Part shown: piece after piece, positions 12,068-23,625 of the stretch | Position numbering within the stretch: position 1 is the stretch's first letter | How the letters are laid out: each line of letters starts with the position of its first letter | DNA from: Patellaria atrata CBS 101060 | Taxonomy: Eukaryota | Assembly (NCBI GenBank): GCA_010093705.1 | Contig: MU006090.1 | Location: 62,001-126,000 of the forward strand | Length of the DNA: 64,000 bases | Reading direction: 5' to 3' | Translations under genes and position numbers: made by a program | Notes under the pieces: generated by a model | The model's database searches: none | Told to the model about the DNA's origin: nothing | What the model saw: only the letters and a program-made list of their open reading frames with translations

Positions 12068-12988
12068 TCATACAGGGAGCTTCCTTATACCGAAAAAGTA
12101 GTTTCCCAACTTTTCGCTGCCCGGAACCTCTCGCCACCCTACTGCAGGAACATAGATGACGCCGACACTTCTAGGACTTTCCCATCCCCCTTGTTGGAGG
12201 AACCATGTGCTCAATTCATCTTCATTGATGTACTTATTCCAATCGTGCGTCCCGCGCGGTACAATACGCGCAATATCCTCCGCAACCACCTTCGTTGTAA
12301 TCCAACTAGTCCACGTCCTTGCAATCGTGGAGAGAATAACCCAACCTCCAGGCTTGAGGTGGGGTATTGCAGAAGAGAGAAATGAAGCAGGATGTTTGAT
12401 GTGTTCGATAACCTCGAACATTGTGATGATATCGTACTTTTCGGCCTCTGATGCTGGCTTCGGTAGTTTCTCAATGGGTGTATTCAAGTATCGTAGTCGA
12501 CCTGGGGACATCAGTAGTGGGTCACGTCTCTTGTGAGATTCTGCGACTGCTAAAACCCCCGGAGATGCATCGATGGCTGTGACACTTGCAGTGTTAGGAA
12601 GGCGAGTGGCTGATTCGGCGAAGATCCCCCCTCCACACCCAATGTCCAGATACTGGAGACGACTGTTTGTCGCAGGATCAGACTGAGAGGATAGACACCG
12701 AGCTATAAATTCATGGCGCAAGGGATTCATAAGATGCAAAAGCCGAGACGGTCCATGTGGATCCCACCATGATGATGCGAGCATGTTGAAATGAGAGATC
12801 TCGGTGGGATCGACGGAACTCTGGTGATTCTGACTGCGAGCGTTGCTAAAGTATCGTACGCTCTGAAGCATTGGAGGTCTTGAAGAGGAGCGCTCTATCG
12901 ATCCTGGTACACGTGTTGTTCGGTATAAGGCCATTCGGGTCACAGCTGGGAGCTTCAGGAGCTCCCGCAACTCTCGCGATAATGACAT
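12068..12988 (-). CDS. COQ3: Mitochondrial ubiquinone biosynthesis O-methyltransferase
   Basis: SSVDPTEISHF..WWDPHGPSRLLHLMNPLR, SAM motif LDIGCGGG, FEVIEH and VPRGTHDW. Basic N-terminal presequence. Confidence 0.95.
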   Translation of the reverse strand: MSLSRELRELLKLPAVTRMALYRTTRVPGSIERSSSRPPMLQSVRYFSNARSQNHQSSVDPTEISHFNMLASSWWDPHGPSRLLHLMNPLRHEFIARCLSSQSDPATNSRLQYLDIGCGGGIFAESATRLPNTASVTAIDASPGVLAVAESHKRRDPLLMSPGRLRYLNTPIEKLPKPASEAEKYDIITMFEVIEHIKHPASFLSSAIPHLKPGGWVILSTIARTWTSWITTKVVAEDIARIVPRGTHDWNKYINEDELSTWFLQQGGWESPRSVGVIYVPAVGWREVPGSEKLGNYFFGIRKLPV

Positions 12989-13691
12989 CGTCAGGATCTT
13001 GGGCAGGTTGTATGGTCAACAGTGCAAATTTTTCGGAATAGCCGTTCCCTATTTAGACAAAAAATTGGCGCAATTGGGGATGGGAAAACTTTCAGAGGCT
13101 GTAGATTCAGAAGTAATGCAAGGTAAGGTAATTAATTAATCAGCTTCGAACCAATGAGGTCCGTGCATAGATAAATGCTCTCACCTCAAAGACAACCTCG
13201 AAGCCTCACCTGAAAAATACTACAACTTCGTCCTTGTCATCTGGTATAATAGTTCATTAGAGATTCGTAACTAAACGTTCTTCTGAATTTATCCCCGGCA
13301 AAGTCCTTTCTGCTAGCTGTTGATTTGACTGGTGTGACTGGTAATGACCGATAACAGGGAAGAACTAATGCAAGTAAAAATGATGTTAATTATATGTCGA
13401 ATACAAATTCAAAATCCGCAGATTGAATTGTCACAATCGATGGATACGGCCTCACCGAACACAAGTGGGAAGTGATCACGAAGTCAGTACATTGAGTCCT
13501 TCAATTCCTGGAATACATTCCAGACGATGATCGCTAGAACGCCTAAGAATGTCCAAGTAGTTCCCCTTTATGAGACATGTACTGTACAGATGCCTACCTA
13601 CATAGTCCAGGTAGCAGTAGCTGCGTCAAGGGAACATGCGGTATATGCGAACTTCCCTTTATACCCCAAAAACCTAACATCAATCTAAGCT

Positions 13692-14067
13692 CTAGTCGGC
13701 TCCATTCTCCACTTTCCACTTCTCCAAATACCTTTTCCCATCAATCCGACCCTTTCCCTCCAGATACTTGTACGGACCTCTCGGCTTTTCGACTCGCTTC
13801 GTTACGAAAGGCGTGAGCTACGAACTTGTCAGTAGATACCCCTCTCAGATCTTGCGCTGATATCCCAGAACGTACGGTAAAGCTCGCTAAGTCTTCAGGT
13901 ACCACATAGGTTCTGACTTTCCCCCACTTGATCACGTAGGTTCCCCATTTGGTGTGCTGGCCCATGGAACCTGTTCGATTTCCCTTGTAGTAGTCTTTGC
14001 TCGCTTGCTTGGTTGTGAGCGCAAGGCGCCGTATAGAGCGCTGAAGACTAGGTGTTGGTCTGAACAT
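13692..14067 (-). CDS. MRPL27: Mitochondrial large subunit ribosomal protein mL41 (L27)
   Basis: RLALTTKQ..YYKGNRTGSMGQHTKWGTYVI..KVRTYVVP. Intron 13818-13875 leads to LTPFVTKR...GAD*. Confidence 0.92.
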
Positions 14068-14173
14068 AGTGAACGGGTGAGAATTGCGATTTGTAAGATA
14101 TAGCAGCGACTGCGTCCACCTTTAGTTGTTTGACGCGATACTTTTGGGAGTTGCGGCCGGATGATCATCGGCC

Positions 14174-14331
14174 TACCGTATCTACTGACCTGCGAGCACA
14201 GTTAGTAATGCAGAGCTAGACCTCTTTTGGTGTGGCCGCTTCCTAAACGAGGATAGAATTCAGCTAATGATTGGGCAACTCTTTACTTGGCCTGCATTAG
14301 CAACTGTGCTCGTAGGTCAGTAGATACGGTA
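14174..14331. mobile_element. MITE-like element: 154 bp, about 38-bp terminal inverted repeats, TA on both sides
   Basis: TA-ccgtatctactgacctgcgagcacagttagtaatgcag ... ctgcattagcaactgtgctcgtaggtcagtagatacgg-TA, with 3 mismatches between the arms. Confidence 0.8.
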
Positions 14332-14423
14332 CACCGAAACCTTTCGTGCCAAGATTTCGCCACATCGAAGCAAAAGTTATGATTTTCGATGCAAACTCTG
14401 ATTTCGCATGTTAGACTGTTGAA

Positions 14424-17339
14424 ATGCCTCCTAGAATTGCTAGAAGTTCAGTTTCAATATCGAAAATCCGGACCTCACGAAAAAAAAACCAAAAACGAAC
14501 GCTCGATGCCTTTTCCATTGCCACCGCACAGAATCCCGAGCGTATCAAAGTCCGCCAACACCGGCTTGGTGAAGCTGAAGCTGAGGATCCACGGCGTAAA
14601 CGGCAACGTCTTGCTGATGATCAGGAATCAGAACATGAGCTACCATGTAATCCCCTTCGAGTGCAGCGCAAGAGTGTAACCAAGGGCCGCTTCGATGAGC
14701 TCGATATTTCGAGCGGGAGTGATAGTGAAGGGAATACCTGGAGGTATGGCCAGGTAGAAGAGGACAACGATAGCGAATTGGATAGCGACGAAGCCTTTGG
14801 TGAAAGTGACGAAGAAAGATTTGAAGGGTTTACGTTTCGTGGAAGCTCAAGTGGGACGCAGAAAGCTCGGGACAAAACGGGGACTCAGAATTTCGAAGAA
14901 GGTGACAAAGACGTGGGCCTAACTTTAGATGAAGGGGAAGGTGACCGCTCTAGAGATGATGAAGACAGCGAAGATAGTTTGGGCGACGATGCTGTTGATT
15001 TGGCTACAGTGCTAGACCAGTATGAAAATGACGAGCCCCTTGCAAATCGCAAGCACGAGAAGGATGCAGTAGAGGATCAATTCAAGAGCTTTGAAAATGA
15101 GGATGATTCGGAAGATTCTGCATCAACATCTGATGATGAACGTGTGAATCCAGTGAGGCTATCAAAGCTCCGCAATCTGATCTCGTCTTTAGATGAAGAT
15201 CAAACAACATCAAGTCAAAAGTTACGTATTGATAATGCTCAGGAGGCTAGGCCCCCATCGGAATTTGGTCTTGCAACATCACACAAGCTTACAATAGACG
15301 ATTTATTGCCCACAGTCACGGATCCTGCATTGAAACGGTCGCTGAAGCTTCTCAGGAAAGATACGAAGCCCTCAAAGCGTAACGGGATCCCCGGTAAACT
15401 AGAGGCACCGCTTCCGAAGCGACAGCAGGACCGTCTCGATCGTATTGCTACAAGTAAGAAAGCCAACGAAGAGATCAGCGATCGTTGGATTGAAACAGTA
15501 AAGCATCAAAGGAGAGTAAAACATATAGCTTTCCCTATCAAATACTCTGATGATGGTGAAGTTCAAGGAACACACAAGCTTCTCCCTACCTCCGAAAGCA
15601 CTCCTCTGAATGAGTTAGAAAACGCAATTCAGAATATAATGCAGGAGAGTGGCATGTTAACGTTGAACTCAAAGTCCGACGAGGACCGGATACGAGCTTT
15701 TGAAGAACTTCAGACAAACAAGATGCCAGTGGAGGAGGTGCTTGCTCGACGGGCCGAGCTGCGAAAAGCTCGAGATCTCTTGTTTAGGGAGGAAGTTCGG
15801 GCAAAAAGGATCAAAAAAATCAAGAGCAAAGCATATAGACGTGTACACCGCAAAGAACGTGAGCGTAATGCCGAGAAGGACCGGGCTGAGCTCATTGCAG
15901 AGGGTGTTGATGTGTCTGAAAATGAGCGAGAATACAATGACCGCCGGCGAGCTGAGGAGAGAATGGGTGCCAAACATAGAGAAAGTAAATGGGCCAAGGA
16001 GGTTAAGCAGAGTGGAAGAACATTCTGGGATGAAGATGCTCGCGCAGGCGTTACAGAGATGGCTCGTCGAAATGAAGAGCTCCGAAGGAGGATTGAGGGC
16101 AAAGATTACGGGGATAATGATGGAGATGCGTCAGATGTCAGTAGTGGTGCGTTTGAGAGTGATGTTGAAGACGACGAAGAATTACAAGTACGTAAACTCC
16201 AGCGTCAGCTGGGTCGCACCGCACAAGCTGAAGACGATGACGAACCTAAGACCTCAAATTTGTCTTCTATGCAATTTATGAGAAGAGCAGAGGCAGCCAG
16301 GAAGGCTCGAAACGATGAAGATGTGGAACGTATGCGCCGTGAGCTTGCTGGTGAGGAGACACCGAGCGCTGACGAGAATGAGAACTCAACATCCGTGGGA
16401 CGTCGTATATTTGGCCCCATGTCGAAAGTACCAGTGGTTCCGGTGAAACAGAAACCTCTGAATGAATTCGAAAAACACTTACCATCAGAGGATGAGAGTG
16501 ACTATCACGAAAATGGCGTGGAAATAGTAGTTAGCCGACATAAATCTTCGGATGAGATCCAAAATCCGGGAGCTTCTTCACGTCGATCAGGTCTCAGCAG
16601 ACCTTCGAAAGTGAAAGCCGAAGTGTCGTCGGAACCATTAGTAAATCCTTGGATCACGCAGTCGCGTAAGGGTGTAAGATTTCTAGCAGAGAAGGACGAC
16701 TCCAGTGTTGAAGCAGGTCATCAAGGCTCCTCATCATCCCAGAAGCAACAGTCAATGTCCTCTGTTGCGGAGAAAGAAGTCCCGGCTAAGGCAGGTGGCT
16801 GGATGATTGTTACTTACTCCCGTGAAGAAGACGAGGAGCAAAGCGATGCATCAGAGGGACCGAACTTACCATTCGTCTTACGATCTTCCGATCTGGTACA
16901 GAAAGCTTTTGCGGGCGATGAAGTAGCCGCAGACTTCGAAGCAGAGAAAAAGGCCACCATCGCAGAGGAGGACGACAAATTGGTGGACGAGACTCTGCCA
17001 GGCTGGGGCACTTGGACCGGCGAGGGACTGAGCAAGCAACAAAAGAAGCGTAACAAGGGTCGATTCCTCACTAAGGAAGATGGCATCAAGCCTGAGCAGC
17101 GGAAGGATGCAAAGCTCGCGAAAGTTATCATCAACGAGAAGCGCATAAAAAAGAATGCTCGTTACCTTGCTACATCCTTACCTCACCCTTTCGAAAATCG
17201 CCAGCAGTATGAGAGATCTATGCGCTTGCCTGTTGGGCCGGAGTGGACTACAAAGGCTACTTTTCAAGATGCTACTCGACCAAGAATCACGATAAAACAA
17301 GGGTCAATCATCAAGCCGTTAGCGAAACCTTTGGTATGA
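14424..17339 (+). CDS. UTP14: U3 snoRNP / SSU processome component Utp14
   Basis: 971-aa acidic/basic ORF with KRIKKIKSKAYRRVHRKE, RAEERMGAKH, LPGWGTWTG, VIINEKR and LPHPFE..QYERSMRLPVGPEW. Confidence 0.96.
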   Translation: MPPRIARSSVSISKIRTSRKKNQKRTLDAFSIATAQNPERIKVRQHRLGEAEAEDPRRKRQRLADDQESEHELPCNPLRVQRKSVTKGRFDELDISSGSDSEGNTWRYGQVEEDNDSELDSDEAFGESDEERFEGFTFRGSSSGTQKARDKTGTQNFEEGDKDVGLTLDEGEGDRSRDDEDSEDSLGDDAVDLATVLDQYENDEPLANRKHEKDAVEDQFKSFENEDDSEDSASTSDDERVNPVRLSKLRNLISSLDEDQTTSSQKLRIDNAQEARPPSEFGLATSHKLTIDDLLPTVTDPALKRSLKLLRKDTKPSKRNGIPGKLEAPLPKRQQDRLDRIATSKKANEEISDRWIETVKHQRRVKHIAFPIKYSDDGEVQGTHKLLPTSESTPLNELENAIQNIMQESGMLTLNSKSDEDRIRAFEELQTNKMPVEEVLARRAELRKARDLLFREEVRAKRIKKIKSKAYRRVHRKERERNAEKDRAELIAEGVDVSENEREYNDRRRAEERMGAKHRESKWAKEVKQSGRTFWDEDARAGVTEMARRNEELRRRIEGKDYGDNDGDASDVSSGAFESDVEDDEELQVRKLQRQLGRTAQAEDDDEPKTSNLSSMQFMRRAEAARKARNDEDVERMRRELAGEETPSADENENSTSVGRRIFGPMSKVPVVPVKQKPLNEFEKHLPSEDESDYHENGVEIVVSRHKSSDEIQNPGASSRRSGLSRPSKVKAEVSSEPLVNPWITQSRKGVRFLAEKDDSSVEAGHQGSSSSQKQQSMSSVAEKEVPAKAGGWMIVTYSREEDEEQSDASEGPNLPFVLRSSDLVQKAFAGDEVAADFEAEKKATIAEEDDKLVDETLPGWGTWTGEGLSKQQKKRNKGRFLTKEDGIKPEQRKDAKLAKVIINEKRIKKNARYLATSLPHPFENRQQYERSMRLPVGPEWTTKATFQDATRPRITIKQGSIIKPLAKPLV

Positions 17340-18520
17340 TTAACTAGTTGAGGACGATGGGTATGGACTAGGCCTAGTAGGAGGGGGTCTACTGTACTGT
17401 ACATATATATATCCGTCTGATAGAGTAATGACAGTATGCCGAAGTCACATGACCATGTATGGAAGAAAGCGTTGTATATTGAACTTGAGGGTGAATTCAG
17501 AAGTTGTGTGAGCGTGGGAGACATCCTATAGTTGTATCTAACGTAGGATAGATAGGACTCTAGCATGATCTAGATTCCGATCATGCTCCCCCGCGATGTC
17601 GTTGGTGATTAAATTAAAACTTGTTTAGGTACGAGCAGCGGGTCTCCTGTCACCTACAGAGCGCGTGGTCAGATCTTGCATTAAACACTTCCTTATTCCT
17701 GATTGTAGTAGCTTAGAACTACAGTTAAGGTAGAAAACTAGAACTACCGACTACCAACTATCGGACCCGAGATGCGAGATGACCTCCCTCCCATCCACAT
17801 CCCCAACAAGGTCAAGGCGAGACTTGTCAAAGTTAGCTCCTGATTTTTCATTGAGAATTTTGCTCATTCCGCAGATAAGAGAGGAATCTGAGCATACGAG
17901 CTACACCGTAGAAGTAGTCTACACATACAGTACCTTAAGTTGTGATGGAAAAAGACTCCCCTTCGCTTCCCCATATCTGGTGACATCTCGTTAAAATATA
18001 GCTGAGTATGTGTCCATCTTTCCGCGAAAAGCTACGGCTCAAATGACTGACCCGAACTATCTGATATAGTACCTATGTAGAATTTCGCTCACCTGGCCTG
18101 TACGACTTACCTATTAGCATGCCACGCGACGAAATTGCATTCCAGAAGCAAAGGAAACTTTTACGCTCTATATAGTAGGTAAGGCAAGATTTCTCATTCC
18201 TAGGTCTTGCTCCGGAAACAAAGATAATATAATGCCTCATTCGCGACTGTTCCGTCGTCACTCGTCAATACTGAGTTCTGTCAACCCGTCCAAATATATC
18301 ACAACACCGTATCCCAACCCCGAATACTCCCAAACATTGTTTTATCTAGCTCTCGTCTCTAAGATAAGTCAACTGTCAGGCGGCCCTCTGGGGCCGTCTA
18401 CCACTGGTCCGAGCAGAGCTCGACCAAAACACCGCGAGGATTCATAAAAACCCGTTACCTTCTCTATTTTTGTATAGTTGTCTGTTCGTCAGTGAGGTTC
18501 TGGGTTGAAGAAAGAAAAAT

Positions 18521-18964
18521 ATGGCTGCACTACACTCTTTCATCATAGTCTTTACCTTCCTACTAATGTTAATGCATATATCTAGAGCGTACGCAGCACC
18601 TTTACAAGCGGATCAGCAACCAGTGCCGGACAGGAGTTGCTTGACGGTGACAGTGACAGTACCGCCTGTTCGATATTCCTCCAGCACTGAAACCATTCCT
18701 TTATCGAGTGAATCGATCGACAGTCTTTTATCAGCAGCGCCTGGGCTCCAAGCTCCGTCTCGTAACCTCCCTTCACCTACCCAAGCAAGCACTCCTTTTG
18801 TGTCGTCTTCGTTATTCTCTAGTTTTCGGACGAGTTCCTCGAGTTCCGGAGAATATATTCCTTATCAAACGACGGATTCTGTTATATCGTTAATAGTTAC
18901 AATACCCTTTGTGCAATCCTTACCAGGATCTGTTCAAGCGTATACATTTGGTGTAAGTAAATGA
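18521..18964 (+). CDS. Secreted Ser/Thr/Pro-rich peptide, or 5' exon of the GH81 gene
   Basis: Signal-peptide-like MAALHSFIIVFTFLLMLMHISRAYA-AP followed by an S/T-rich region. GTAAGT donor at 18953. Confidence 0.5.
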   Translation: MAALHSFIIVFTFLLMLMHISRAYAAPLQADQQPVPDRSCLTVTVTVPPVRYSSSTETIPLSSESIDSLLSAAPGLQAPSRNLPSPTQASTPFVSSSLFSSFRTSSSSSGEYIPYQTTDSVISLIVTIPFVQSLPGSVQAYTFGVSK

Positions 18965-19385
18965 TCATTTTTGATGGCTGTTGCTCCATGAGAGAAACGC
19001 TTTATGTGGGAATCCAAAACGGAAAGCTTAGTTCATGAAGTGGACTGAGTGATATCCAATCTGTTCACGCTCTCCACCCTCAGCGCCTTCCTCTGGAGGC
19101 GGACATGCTTCTACTCGCATAATATATTCTTGCTGTGATGCTTTTCAACTCTTACTCTTATCAGTTCATTCTATCTTTTATTCCTCTGCCGATTCTCCTG
19201 AGTCAAACACCTTCAACATCTTCGCTGACTTCCTACAACAGTCTATTAACTCCATTATTCCTATATCGGGTGCAACACCATTTCCGGACATTGTTATACA
19301 ACCTCCCTTTGAAGCTTTATCGCCAATTCAACCTCCGACACCTTCCCTCTCATATCAACCAGCTCTTTCGACCGTTATTTCAAGC

Positions 19386-21910
19386 ATGCCACTCTTTGTC
19401 TCTATGACCGCAGGCGGGCCACCAGATCAGGTTACTCGTCGTGCTGCACATCCGGTAGCTCGGAAAGGGATTAATGACTCTCCTTCTAAGGTAATACCAA
19501 CAAACAACTTCTACGGTAATCTCATGCTAGGAAACCAAAATCAAGGGGTATGGACGCACCCATATTCACTACGCTGGGTCAAGGGAACAGGGAACTCTTC
19601 TAGTTGGGGCTTCGGTGTGTCCCATATTGAAAGAAGTCAATTTGCGTATGGCCCCGGTAATCCCAACAAGTACTTTATTGCTCCCCTAGGCATTACCTCC
19701 ATTATCCTGAGCGCGCAAGAACTTAGCAACTCAACGGCGCTCACAACAGACTCACTTGAAGCATTTAGCGTCAATGCGAACCTCGCGGTCTCTGCTCAGT
19801 CGGGACCTCTCGTTACATTCCCACTTGTTCAAGGTATGGGCTTTTTTACTGGCGTATATCTAGGAGCTACGGCATTGATTCAGACGGATGTATTCTTCCG
19901 TACTCTTTCTGGTCCATGGACCTTGGGTACTTCGCTCAAGTATAAGGTGTTACTCGAAGACGGTCGCACGTGGCTCTTTTATGTCCATTCTAGTCAAGGT
20001 TATGTAAACCCTCAGTTCATACTCAGGAGTAATACCACAATCCAGGGACCATCTGGCTTCCGAGGATCCATCCAGGTAGCCAAGCTCCCTGAAGGTCAGA
20101 GCAATGCAGAATCGTGGTATGATTGGGCTGCTGGGGTATATCCAGTCACCGGCGCAACTTTCGGAACGTTCAATAACGGCTCCGCGAGTTACACCCTGAG
20201 TTGGCAGAAAGGAGGCGACACGGGGAAGACACTAATCATGTGGGCGCTCCCACACCACATTCAGTCTTTTAACGGGGGTGTGGGTGCAGCTGCGACCGAC
20301 GTTCAGTTGTATACAACGACCAAAGGTCAAGCAACATTGGTTGCTTCGGATCAATGGGTCATGGTTGAGAAGCTGGTTACTGATATGGGTTTCACTCCTT
20401 GGACGCCGCAGAATCGGAGTGTTACCACATTGCCGGAAAAGGCTATTGTTGCCATCAACAGTGTCGCTTCCTCGGAACTCAACCAAGATTTTGCGCCGCA
20501 GACAAATCTCGATTCAATGTACTTCAGTGGAAAGGGTCTAGCGAAATTCGCCGCCATCTTAATCGCTGTGAATGACTTGGCCAGGAATCCGGGTCTTGCC
20601 GCAGCTGGACTAAGCAAGCTCAAAACAGCGTTCAACAATTTTGTTCAAAATACACAGAAATCTCCTTTGTATGTACCGAACTCGATTGTGACGAGCGCGT
20701 AGATCAATTGTTAACTGATATTATAGGGTTTACGATCAGATATTCAAAGGCGTCATTAGTACAGCCGGATACTCTGATCCGGGGGCAGATTTCGGTAATA
20801 CTTATTATAACGACCATCACTTCCATTATGGTTATTTCGTTTACACTGCTGCTGTAATTGCGCATCTTGATCCGTCGTGGCTCAACCAAGGGACGAATCT
20901 GCAATGGGTACAGACGGTGAGTAGTCAGCTCGAATTCCAGAGTTAAAGAGCGTTAAGGTGGGATTGGTTCGAGGTAGAATGCTAACAGACGGGATATAGC
21001 TCGTCCAAGACTTTGCTAGTCCTGTTGCCGATGAGAGGTTCCCATTCTCAAGAGCGGTATGTAATCCGTAATCTCCATTTAAAGATTGAACTAACACGCG
21101 CACGCGCAGTTCGACTGGTTTCGTAGGTGATCTCTCTCCAATCCGATGAACACAATCGATTTTCTAACATGTACTGTACACCTACGCAGACGGACACAGT
21201 TGGGCCAAAGGGCTGTTCGAAAGTGCGGACGGAAAAGATCAAGAGTCCACAAGCGAAGACGCATTCGCTAGCTATGCGCTCAAACTCTGGGGCCGCGTAA
21301 TCGGCGATGCGGCATTAGAAGCTCGAGGTGAGTATAGTCTTGACCGGTCTCCCGAGAAGCCGGGGAAATGTGCCATCTAGATGAAGTCAGTGCTGATGTG
21401 CAAAGGTGACCTCATGCTCGCTATCCAGGCTCGAACTTTCCAGAACTACTTCCTTATGGATTCTTCTAACAAGATCCAGCCAGCCAGCTTTATCGAGAAC
21501 AAAGTTACGGGGATCCTTTTTGAGAACAAAGTAGACCACGCCACGTACTTCAGTGCCGATATCGAATGCATACAGGGGTATGTTGTGCATCATGGTGTAG
21601 TTCCAGCCTTGCAGCCTACTGACCCTTTATCTTTTTCAGGATCCACATGATACCCATCATGCCTCCATCCACACTTATCCGGAGTAAGGCATTTGTAACG
21701 GAAGAATGGAATAAGTATTTCAGTAACGGCCGGGTCGACAGTATTCCCGGAGGCTGGCGAGGAATCCTGTATGCCAATCTTGCTATCATCAACCCCAAAG
21801 CTTCATATGATTTCTTTGCTCAACCGAATTTTGACCCATCCTGGTTGGATGGAGGGGCCAGCCGCACGTGGTATCTAGCTTATGCTGCAGCATTGGGTGG
21901 CTGTACATGA
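19386..21910 (+). CDS. Endo-1,3(4)-beta-glucanase, GH81 family (Eng1/Acf2-like), multi-exon
   Basis: [77 protein letters not shown] and LDGGASRTW. Six introns in the 3' half, including a 13-nt exon at 21110-21122. Confidence 0.95.
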
Positions 21911-23199
21911 GCCCAATGTTGATACACGACGCTCGACGCTCGGCCATACAGCTTCTTTTCCTCTTTTTTGTCCCCCCTATTCTTTCCTGATCGACGTAGT
22001 GACCCATCGTTGTCCAAGGCTCGACCTGTCAGTTCGTTGACATTGTTTGATCATTGGAAGACGATTAGGCTGCAATCATGTACAAGCAGTGCCGTGTAAC
22101 GTCGATATTGGTGATGAGCCTTGCATTTGCCATCAAGGGTGGTGGCGCAGAGAGTGTGTGCGGTATAGTTCTAATCATTCGGCACTGTTCCTTAATTGAC
22201 AGTTTTCGTATGGTGTAGTTGGTTCTACTAAGTTCTGCACTTGTCGAACAAGCTAAATAATATCAATTAATATTCTGAATATAGTATAGAGAGACTTGAC
22301 TCTTGAGGGGTGGTGACAGCGCGTTTACTTATCGGATTGAGCCTGATCCTAGTATGGACTATCACCAGTATGAACGCGCTAACTGACGTATTAACTTGAT
22401 GCGTCTTCACGTCTGCACACCGCTGATATTTTTGTTCTCACCTCATATCCTTCCTCTTCCTCTTCTTCTTTTTATATCCTCAAAACTACTCCTCCCTTTT
22501 TCTTATATTTCCTCTGTCTTTTGCACCAAAATTCTTGTCCTACCGTTAATCACCAAGTCCTCGTTTCTTCACGTTTTGCTATTCAATCGAGATCATTTCG
22601 ACAAAGAGTGTAACACGTCTTTGACGTGCCGTACCTCATACCCATCCATATATATATGGTAGCTGAAAAATAGGAACGTCTTTTACTGCATCGATATCTT
22701 TCGTTGTAGGAATTCGTCCCGCCGGTTGATCGATCTTTAAGATATTCCAGAATAGTCTTAGAGGTCCGTTCATACCAAAAACAACCAAGAGAGTCTGGAA
22801 CGGGTAAGTTGAACCAGTCTCTTTTCTCAAGAGAGAGGAAACAAGAGGTTTGTTTGACAAACTTGATTACTTTGAACATCTGTGTTGTACCTCATTGTTG
22901 AATGTGTAAAGCTGCGGCATCTAAGCGGTACGGGTTGGTACTCAATCCCTCCTTTGTCACTGTTTGGCTCAACTCATGTCACTCAAACATCATTCTATTG
23001 CTTATTATTCCTCTGATAAATAGCGCTTCCCCTGATCTCGCAACATAAGAAAGCTTCCCGTTGACACATCGGCCACACCCTAATCACAAGATTTCATTAG
23101 TCAGGTGTCCGCATCTGAGTGCTACTTGCCCCTACCCTTAGCATAAACACAACTTTTACTTTTCAATCGCCCTTCCTCCTTCTTCATCGAACCTCTCTG

Positions 23200-23523
23200 G
23201 TACGCAGTCGCACGGCACTTTCACTCGCTGTCATCTCCAGGAAGTTGCTAACATCACCTACAGAGCTATCCGAACACGCAAACAAGCTTGGTCTAGTTGG
23301 TAGCTTCCCATCCAGAAACAGAATCCATACACACAAGCTTATTTTGCTTCACTTGCAGGAAATATTCTCCCTGCTGAAGAGATTCCAAACTTAACAGTTC
23401 ACAACATTCACTCCAGCTCTCATCATCTTGATATTATACACTAAGTACGTACATTGCTTTCACAAACAAGCAGCCCCGCTCGACGTCTTCACCTTTTTAC
23501 TCGAATCTGCTTACGGGTTTTAG
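23200..23523 (+). other. 5'-UTR introns of the Argonaute gene
   Basis: GTACGC..GCTAAC..TACAG (23200-23263) and GTACGT..GCTTAC..TTTAG (23445-23523) lie upstream of the ATG at 23626. Confidence 0.6.
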
Positions 23524-23625
23524 TCAAGGCACGTGTCACTCTTTGCTTTTGCTCGACAGTAGACATCGTTATCATTTCGCAGTTCGCATCTAAGCCAAGT
23601 AGATTACTTTCGAATCACGACAACC

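Noticed and set aside
17562..17587. Perfect 9-bp hairpin agcatgatc/gatcatgct
   Set aside because: A stem this short is expected by chance in 64 kb.
22396..22879. Short ORFs upstream of Argonaute
   Set aside because: They have no recognisable motifs and are interrupted by stops, so they cannot be supported as genes.
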